This document shows positions 56,776 to 64,000 of a DNA stretch of 64,000 nucleotides, piece by piece. The first letter of the stretch is position 1, and each line of letters starts with the position of its first letter. The notes under the pieces were generated by a model. It was not told the origin of the DNA. It ran no database searches and worked only from the letters and a program-made list of their open reading frames with translations. This DNA comes from Desulfatiglandales bacterium (GTDB lineage Bacteria > Desulfobacterota > DSM-4660 > Desulfatiglandales > HGW-15): the NCBI GenBank assembly GCA_963667015.2, contig CAXXJJ010000001.1, positions 2,016,001-2,080,000 of the forward strand, given 5' to 3'. Position numbers and translations under genes: made by a program.

Positions 56776-59700
56776 ATGGAAACCGGGAAAACAATATATG
56801 GTTTTATCATAAGAATTATCGCTATCTTTATAATCTTTCAGGGTATTATGATTATGACTTTGTGCACGACTGCGTTGGCAACACCTCCAAAAGTAATATG
56901 TGTTCCGCAGCTACCCTCAGACCTTCTTGTACCCCATGAGACATGGCCTGGCAAATCAACTCTGCTAAAGGGTATTGCAAGGGATACGGATAATAATCTG
57001 ACAGGCGGAACATATTACTGGAATTTTGGTGACGGAACACAGTCAACGCCTCAAAGTATCAGCAACTCGGATAATCTTGCTGCTTCACATACATACACAT
57101 CAGATCCAGGGACACTTATCGTAGCCCGGCTGCATGTAACCGATGCAGCCGGAGAAACATCCTCTGACGACTATAGGGTTATCGTCAAAGTAAAAACCCT
57201 TGATATAGAAGTAAATAAAGCAATTGATGATGCCTTATGGTGGTTGTATAGAAATAAACAGGTCTCCTCCGTTACCGGCTATTACTGGCAGAATAGTCCT
57301 GCATCAAGATATACGGGTTACTATGCCAATTCAACAGCCTCTGCGGTCCAGGCCTTTGAAATCAACGGATATCTTGAGACAAATGACCCTGACGAAGACC
57401 CCTATGCAACCGTTGTGAAAGAAGGTATAGACTTCCTGATGACCCGTCTTACAACGTATAACATGTCACTTCAGGGTGGTCAGAATCCTGACTCAAACGG
57501 GAATGGAATTGGAATTTCGGTAACCGGGGATCGTCAAATATATGAAACCGGCGCGGTAATGGATGCCCTGGTTGCCTCTGGTACGCCTAATGCCGTATCG
57601 CGGACAGGCGGCACAAATATTGTCGGCCGTCGATATCAGGATCTTGTCCAGGATATGGTAGATATGTATGCCTGGGGACAGGTCGACTCAGGAAGCTACC
57701 GAGGGGGCTGGAGATACTCATGGGGCTCGCAATCTGACAATTCAGCTGCCCAGTGGGCTGCCATTGGAATGATAGCAGCAGAAAGACATTTTGGCTGTAC
57801 TGTACCTCAATGGGTAAAGGATCAGAATAATATATGGCTCAACTACAGCGATAGCAGTTCCGGATTCGGATATACCGGCTCCGGAAGTGGCTGGGGAACA
57901 ACGCCTTCCGGCATGGTCCAGCTGACTTTTGATGATATGGATACAAGTGATATAAGATGGCAGAGGTCAGAAAACTATATAGCAAATAACTGGAGTTCAT
58001 TTAAAAATTACTATGGAAGCAACCGGATAGCATATGGACATTTTGCCTTTGCCAAGGCTATGCGCCTGGCGCTGCCGAATGAAATTACAAACCTTTCGGC
58101 TACCGGTCTGGATTGGTATGGTGACGAAACTAACGGTCTTGCAAGGCATCTGGTTAATGGGCAGACCTCAAGCGGTTACTGGAACGAATATGACTATGTA
58201 GGTAGAAGGACCGCTACAGCCTGGGCTGTTATTATTCTTACCCGCACACTTTTTGAAAAACCTCCGGTTGCAGTTATTAATGCAGGTCCCAACCACGGCG
58301 CAATTGGTCAGGAGATTACTCTCGACGGTAGCGAATCCTATCATGTTGACCCTGCCAAAGATATTGTGGAATATCTCTGGGACTTTGACGACTCCGACGG
58401 GGTTGATTTTGATCATCCGGACGCTGCTGGAGTTGAAGCGTTAGCTACATATGGCGCACTTGGCGATTATAAGGTCTCTCTCAAGGTAGTGGATAACAGT
58501 ACTCCCGAGAGGTTTGACATATCTACATATACTGTTCATATTACAATTCCTCCTCATCCTCCTACCGCCGTTGTCGGAGGTCCTTATATAGCCGCTGTTG
58601 GCGAAGGTGTTTCAGTTAACGGATCGGGTTCTTATGATGTTGATGAGGGAGAAGGAGACAGTCTGATTGCCTGGGATTGGGAGTCGGATTTTATTGCCCC
58701 CTATAATTTTGGTGAGTCCAGTGGTGAAACTGCTGTCCTTCCTGCCTTTACCGAGCAGGGTCACAAGGATATCGCACTTCGTGTAACAGACAATACGGAA
58801 GTTGCTTTTCCAGGTTCAGGATCACCAAATCTCACCAATATTGGTTATGGAAAGGTAACTGTATACAAAGTTGGTGTTACTGATCTCTATGGAAGAACAA
58901 AGGGAGAATTGTGCCAGCTTGTGTGGACTCATATTAATGTAGATAATTATGAAGTACTAAGATCAGAAACAGGTGCAAACTATGGTTATGAGTTGATAGG
59001 TACGACTAGTTCGACATATTCTACATATTTGGACCTTAATGTATTACTTTATAAGGATTACTGGTACCGAATACGAGCCGAAGTCGATGGCGAGATAACC
59101 CTTTCAGCGCCTATCCATATATATTCAGTTGGAAGAATCAGAAATCTGCCACCGCAAATTACTTCTACTCCGATAACACAAGCGCAGGAAGACTCTCTGT
59201 ATGAATATGATGTTGATGCGACAGATCCAGAAGGTACAGCAATTACATATCTTATGGATATGGCGCCGGACGGAATGGTTATAGACGCCTCTACAGGATT
59301 CATAACCTGGACTCCCTCAATGGATCAACTTGGACTCCACGAAGTAATGGTGAGAGCAAACGATGAAGACGGAAGATCAGTAACACAGTTTTTTCAGATT
59401 GTAGTTCAACCAAGGCCAAACCTGGCACCGGTTTCAAACCCGGCCGGTCCATACAGCTCCATTATAAACGAACAAATACTGCTGGACGGCACGGGCTCAT
59501 CCGATCCGGAGGGAGATACTATAGCAGACTACCACTGGGTATTCGGTGATGGAACTGACGGGCACGGGTCGACAATTATTCATGCATATACTGCAGCAGG
59601 AATCTATACTGTTACTCTTTATGTAACAGACTCGCGCGGGGCAACAAGTCACAGTGAGACCTCCTGCCAGGTAGAGCTGCCTAACAGGCTGCCTACTGCA

Positions 59701-62700
59701 AACGCAGGAGGCCCATATGAAGGAGAAGAAGGTTTTGCCGTAGAGTTTGACGGTACCCAGTCCTATGATCCGGATGCAGATCCTCTCACCTATACCTGGA
59801 ATTTCGGTGACAGTACACCTGCCGAAACAGGTATTCAGGTAAGTCATATATATGCTGCAGAAGGAGACTATAATGTATCCCTCAGCGTTGAAGACGGCCA
59901 GGGCGGTCTTGACAGCACAACGGTTGATATCCATATAGGTCAGCCAAACCAGGCTCCTTCCGCCACGTTTACACATACAGGGCTTCCGGTATCACTTGAA
60001 ACAATAACATTTGACGGCCGTGATTCATCTGATCCTGATGGAAATATCGTAAGTTATGCATGGGATTTTAACGATGGTATGACCACAACAGGACCCTATG
60101 TGACCCATGCATTTCCTGCTGATGGCTCCTATACTGTATCACTTACCGTGAAGGACAATAAAGGAGCCGAGACTGTATACAGCGAGGTATTAAATATCTC
60201 AGCCAATCAGGCTCCACAGGCTGTCCTCAATGTAATGGGTAATTTAAGGGAAGGTGAAACAGTAACCTTTACAGCCGCCGGATCTACAGATCCTGAAGGT
60301 GGTGTACTCACATATGAGTGGGATTTTGGTGACGGTAACACTGCAACAGGCCTGGAAGTGGATTATGTTTTCACCTCTCCTGATCTTTACACAGTTACAT
60401 TAGAGGTGACCGATCATGTGGGTATCGCCACAACAGAAACCACTGATGTAAGTATTTCATCAGCCTCGGGTCCGGTTGCGGTCCTGAGTGCAAGCGGACA
60501 GATTGTTATAAACGAATCCATTAATTTTGACGGCTCAGCTTCATACGACCTGAGCGGTGGAAGCATAGTAAGTTATGTATGGGATTTTGGCGACGGTAAT
60601 ACTTCAACCGGAGCTGTTACTTCCCATGCCTACAGCAGTACAGGTATCTATCAGCTGACCCTCACGGTAACAGACAATGACGGGATCAACTCAACCGGTA
60701 TTCTGTCGCTTAACATAGGAACAAACCAGCCTCCGCAGGCCCTGTTCGGATATTCCGGGCAGATGGTTGTGCAGGGTATAATAAACTTTAATGCATCCTC
60801 TTCATACGATCCTGAGGGCCATGCCCTTACATATGCATGGGATTTTGGGGACAGCAGCGCAGACACTATTGTTAATCCGAGTCATTCCTATAGTGCTGAA
60901 GGAGACTATACAGTAACACTCACCGTAACGGATAACCTGGGTCAGAGCGATACAACCACCAGGCTGATGCATATTGCTCCGCTTTCAGGGCTCCAGGCAG
61001 CATTCAACGTAACCGGTGAATATCTGGTCGGTTCGGAAATTTCATTTGATGCCGGAGCATCTACAGCGCCGAGTGGAAGAACCATAGTATCCTATGACTG
61101 GGATTTTGGTGACACAACTACAGCCGCCGGTATTCAGACTTCACACATTTTTACTGCAAACGGTCAGTACAATGTCGGTCTTCGTATTACGGATGACCAG
61201 GGAGCCTGGAGTGAAGCAAGTCTCTTGTTAACCATCTCTGATGTGCCAAACAATGATCCTTCGGTTGATATCGAATATGCCCCGGCAATGTGGCTGGAAA
61301 ACATGCAGATCGATTTCTCAGCCTCAGGAACAGATCCTGACGGGGACACACTTGCCTATGGATGGGATTTCGGTGACGGAAATATCGCAGCAGGAGCTCA
61401 GGCAGGCCACACATACACTGCCGCCGGAATATACGATGTAACGGTTACGGTTGATGACAGCCGCGGCGGAATAGCTACTGATACAGTTCAGGTTGAGATC
61501 ATTGAAGCTCCAACAGAAAATGTAGCACCTGTTGCCATAGTTAACGGCTCCCCACAGGCAAATATGGGTGAAGTAGCTGTATTTGATGCATCTTCATCAT
61601 ATGATTTAAACTGGGATGCACTGACCTACTCCTGGGATTTTGGAGACAGCACAACAGGTTCAGGAGTTGCACCATCTCATACCTATACAGAGGGAGGTTT
61701 CTATACACTTACACTTACGGTCGAAGATCCTTCCGGCCTTACAGATACAGCCTCAATGCAGGTAAGGGTTGCTGATCCTTCAGATACAACATCGCCTGAT
61801 GCAGATCTTGATGATGATGACTGCGTGGATGTAACAGACCTCTATACAATCACCGGATCAGTCTATGATGAAAACGGTGTTGTTTATAAGCTTCAATTAA
61901 GAGAGCAGGGGACCTCCACCTGGGTAACATTTGCAGAGGGTGAAGGAACGGATATAACCGGTGATCTCGGTCTGTTTGACCCCAGTGTTCTTAAAAACGG
62001 TATATATGAAATCCGCCTGCATGCAGAAGATCTGGCCGGGAATGTCACAATAGATACCGGCTGCATGGTAGTTGACGGAGAGCTTAAGCTTGGGCAGGTA
62101 ATTCTTCCTGTTGAGGATATTAATATTCCAAACCAGGGATTCCCGCTGAGCCTTGTAAGAGAATATGACAGCAGGTCAACTGAAGGTGATTTTGGACCGG
62201 GATGGAGCTTGCCCACATCTGATGTAAAACCTGCAGTTACCTCACCTCCGGGCGAGGGCTGGGACCAGGAAGAGAGAGGCAGTTTTTTCCCGACCTATTA
62301 CCTGATCCAGAAGAAACGTCATGATGTTGTTATCAGTTTCAGTGATTCGGAAGTTTACAGGTTTAAGGTTGATGTTAACCCGAAATCAAGTGTTCTTATC
62401 CCCTTTGGTGATCATGTACCGTTGACAGTGAGTTATAAACCTGTTGATGATACCCAAGGCAGCCTTGTTGCTCTTGACGCTGACCCGAATGTTATGATGA
62501 TTAATTATGAGCTGTTGGAGTATGGTGTTGATCCTTATAATCCAACAAAGTATAGACTCACCAGGGTTGACGGAACACAGTATGTGATCTCGGAAGACGG
62601 AATCGAAAGTATGACCGACCCCTATGGCAACTCAGTCTCCTATGATAATGACGGGATTCATCACTCTTCCGGTGCCAGCCTTGTTTTTGACCGCGGTGCC

Positions 62701-64000
62701 GGTAACCGGATTGAAAAGGTCACGGATCAATTCGGCGGAGAGGTCGAATACCATTACGATGCAGACGGAAACCTTGAACAGGTTATCCAGACAAAAATAT
62801 CAGGCGCATCAAACATGATAAATAAATATGCCTATGCCACTGGTGTTGCAGAAAGGCCTGTGTTGAAGGATATAGAGGCTCCGGACGGCACAAAGCTGGG
62901 TCAGTTCGAGTATGACTCGAACGGTCGCATGACTGCGATGATTGATGCAGACGGAAACAGGATTATATATGGTTATGATTTGCCAAACCATGAACAAACA
63001 ATAACAGACCGTAATGGTAATGCTACTATTTATAATTATGACAGTGAAGGGCATGTAACAAGTAAACTTAATGCCATGAATAACCTGACAGAATGGACCT
63101 ATGATTCAAATGGGAACAAGCTTACAGAGACAAATGCTCTTAATTTAACAAATTACTATACACATGATGTTTATGGTAATATGCTTACAGAGTCAGATCC
63201 TCTTGGTAATACAACTACCTATACCTATAATGACAAAAATCTGCCTCTGACGATAACCGATGCCATAGGTAATGTTACAACTAACACATATGATATGAAT
63301 GGTAATATCCTTACTATCGTTGACCCAATGGGAAATGTTCTGACAAATGCATATGACTCAAACGGCAATCTGATATCCATGACAGATGCCATGGGTAATA
63401 CGACCTCATATGTGTACGATACTTCAGGAAATGTAATGAGTATGACAGATGCTCTTGGTAATATTACAGTCTCTACTTATGACATTTACGGTAATCAACT
63501 AACTCAGACTGTGACCAGGACAGATGAGTCCGGTACAGTGGATATGACCACAACCTCTGAGTATGATAACCTTAACCGATTGATCAAGGAAACCGACTCT
63601 GACGATGTTTTTATTGAAATGCAATATAATGATCTAGATAAGGTAACACGGCAGAGGGATAAAAACGGTGTTTGGACAGAATATGAGTATGATAACAATG
63701 GAAACCGGACCCTGATATCAATTGCTGATGGTACAACAGAATCCTATATCTATGATGGGGAAGGTAACAAACTCTCGTTTACAGACCGGGATGACCATAT
63801 CACAACATATGAATATGATGATTTGAACCGTCTGGTGCTTACAACCTATCCTGATGGTGCTGAAGTTGAATCCGTGTATAATGAGGTAGGTCAACTTATA
63901 GCATCAATAGATGAGAATGATAACCGCATAGAATATGAGTATGATGATGCCGGAAGAAGGGTTTTAATCATCGATGCACAGGACAATGAAACCAGCTTCA
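56776..64000 (+). CDS. Giant secreted protein (>2400 aa, runs off window): prenyltransferase-like toroid + PKD repeats + cadherin/Ig + RHS/YD repeats
   Basis: ATG at 56776 after AGAGG; frame open to the window end. Signal METGK...TTALA; toroid at about 57200-58260; two PKD and an Fn3-like domain; cadherin-like NLPPQITSTP; nine PKD repeats at about 59420-61770; LSLVREYDSR...DFGPGWSL; YD repeats from about 62550. Confidence 0.9.
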   Translation, partial: METGKTIYGFIIRIIAIFIIFQGIMIMTLCTTALATPPKVICVPQLPSDLLVPHETWPGKSTLLKGIARDTDNNLTGGTYYWNFGDGTQSTPQSISNSDNLAASHTYTSDPGTLIVARLHVTDAAGETSSDDYRVIVKVKTLDIEVNKAIDDALWWLYRNKQVSSVTGYYWQNSPASRYTGYYANSTASAVQAFEINGYLETNDPDEDPYATVVKEGIDFLMTRLTTYNMSLQGGQNPDSNGNGIGISVTGDRQIYETGAVMDALVASGTPNAVSRTGGTNIVGRRYQDLVQDMVDMYAWGQVDSGSYRGGWRYSWGSQSDNSAAQWAAIGMIAAERHFGCTVPQWVKDQNNIWLNYSDSSSGFGYTGSGSGWGTTPSGMVQLTFDDMDTSDIRWQRSENYIANNWSSFKNYYGSNRIAYGHFAFAKAMRLALPNEITNLSATGLDWYGDETNGLARHLVNGQTSSGYWNEYDYVGRRTATAWAVIILTRTLFEKPPVAVINAGPNHGAIGQEITLDGSESYHVDPAKDIVEYLWDFDDSDGVDFDHPDAAGVEALATYGALGDYKVSLKVVDNSTPERFDISTYTVHITIPPHPPTAVVGGPYIAAVGEGVSVNGSGSYDVDEGEGDSLIAWDWESDFIAPYNFGESSGETAVLPAFTEQGHKDIALRVTDNTEVAFPGSGSPNLTNIGYGKVTVYKVGVTDLYGRTKGELCQLVWTHINVDNYEVLRSETGANYGYELIGTTSSTYSTYLDLNVLLYKDYWYRIRAEVDGEITLSAPIHIYSVGRIRNLPPQITSTPITQAQEDSLYEYDVDATDPEGTAITYLMDMAPDGMVIDASTGFITWTPSMDQLGLHEVMVRANDEDGRSVTQFFQIVVQPRPNLAPVSNPAGPYSSIINEQILLDGTGSSDPEGDTIADYHWVFGDGTDGHGSTIIHAYTAAGIYTVTLYVTDSRGATSHSETSCQVELPNRLPTANAGGPYEGEEGFAVEFDGTQSYDPDADPLTYTWNFGDSTPAETGIQVSHIYAAEGDYNVSLSVEDGQGGLDSTTVDIHIGQPNQAPSATFTHTGLPVSLETITFDGRDSSDPDGNIVSYAWDFNDGMTTTGPYVTHAFPADGSYTVSLTVKDNKGAETVYSEVLNISANQAPQAVLNVMGNLREGETVTFTAAGSTDPEGGVLTYEWDFGDGNTATGLEVDYVFTSPDLYTVTLEVTDHVGIATTETTDVSISSASGPVAVLSASGQIVINESINFDGSASYDLSGGSIVSYVWDFGDGNTSTGAVTSHAYSSTGIYQLTLTVTDNDGINSTGILSLNIGTNQPPQALFGYSGQMVVQGIINFNASSSYDPEGHALTYAWDFGDSSADTIVNPSHSYSAEGDYTVTLTVTDNLGQSDTTTRLMHIAPLSGLQAAFNVTGEYLVGSEISFDAGASTAPSGRTIVSYDWDFGDTTTAAGIQTSHIFTANGQYNVGLRITDDQGAWSEASLLLTISDVPNNDPSVDIEYAPAMWLENMQIDFSASGTDPDGDTLAYGWDFGDGNIAAGAQAGHTYTAAGIYDVTVTVDDSRGGIATDTVQVEIIEAPTENVAPVAIVNGSPQANMGEVAVFDASSSYDLNWDALTYSWDFGDSTTGSGVAPSHTYTEGGFYTLTLTVEDPSGLTDTASMQVRVADPSDTTSPDADLDDDDCVDVTDLYTITGSVYDENGVVYKLQLREQGTSTWVTFAEGEGTDITGDLGLFDPSVLKNGIYEIRLHAEDLAGNVTIDTGCMVVDGELKLGQVILPVEDINIPNQGFPLSLVREYDSRSTEGDFGPGWSLPTSDVKPAVTSPPGEGWDQEERGSFFPTYYLIQKKRHDVVISFSDSEVYRFKVDVNPKSSVLIPFGDHVPLTVSYKPVDDTQGSLVALDADPNVMMINYELLEYGVDPYNPTKYRLTRVDGTQYVISEDGIESMTDPYGNSVSYDNDGIHHSSGASLVFDRGAGNRIEKVTDQFGGEVEYHYDADGNLEQVIQTKISGASNMINKYAYATGVAERPVLKDIEAPDGTKLGQFEYDSNGRMTAMIDADGNRIIYGYDLPNHEQTITDRNGNATIYNYDSEGHVTSKLNAMNNLTEWTYDSNGNKLTETNALNLTNYYTHDVYGNMLTESDPLGNTTTYTYNDKNLPLTITDAIGNVTTNTYDMNGNILTIVDPMGNVLTNAYDSNGNLISMTDAMGNTTSYVYDTSGNVMSMTDALGNITVSTYDIYGNQLTQTVTRTDESGTVDMTTTSEYDNLNRLIKETDSDDVFIEMQYNDLDKVTRQRDKNGVWTEYEYDNNGNRTLISIADGTTESYIYDGEGNKLSFTDRDDHITTYEYDDLNRLVLTTYPDGAEVESVYNEVGQLIASIDENDNRIEYEYDDAGRRVLIIDAQDNETSF

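Noticed and set aside
56852..63698. Short ORFs listed in the track across 56.8-63.7 kb
   Set aside because: All are alternate-frame or antisense shadows of the single giant ORF starting at 56776.
1..64000. CRISPR array, tRNA or rRNA genes
   Set aside because: I saw no regularly spaced identical repeats and no tRNA or rRNA signatures. The recurring TGGGATTTTGG-type motifs at 59-62 kb encode the WDFGDG motif of PKD repeats.

Overview
A 64-kb bacterial window, probably an anaerobic Desulfobacterota-type organism. This is inferred from the gene content (sigma54 promoters, a selenoprotein, URO-D-like and B12-radical-SAM genes). It has three parts. (1) 1-4906: an integron-type cassette array on the minus strand with three attC sites and no integron integrase nearby. 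Its first unit is an IS91-family transposase plus tyrosine-recombinase element whose inverted ends double as cassette core sites. (2) About 5.3-36 kb: mixed transport and housekeeping genes (ABC, MFS, DMT and DASS transporters, AmtB, Hsp20/Hsp20/DnaJ, Dtd, CHASE2 cyclase). This part includes a lipoprotein-type UxxC selenoprotein that the ORF track splits at an in-frame UGA followed by a SECIS-like hairpin. (3) 36.6 kb to the end: a plus-strand cell-envelope locus, the best candidate for an undescribed system. In order it encodes a PEP-CTERM protein, a secreted prenyltransferase-fold/PKD protein, a GspC-like PDZ protein, a sigma54 two-component system, a TonB-dependent receptor, a YdjY-like protein and a secreted prenyltransferase-fold protein. 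These are followed by an ebo-like operon (eboC, small ORF, eboB, eboF, eboD, eboE), a second YdjY-like protein and a giant ORF of more than 2400 aa that is missing from the ORF track. The giant protein fuses the same prenyltransferase-fold module to PKD repeats and an RHS/YD core. All family assignments come from motif recognition, not database searches.
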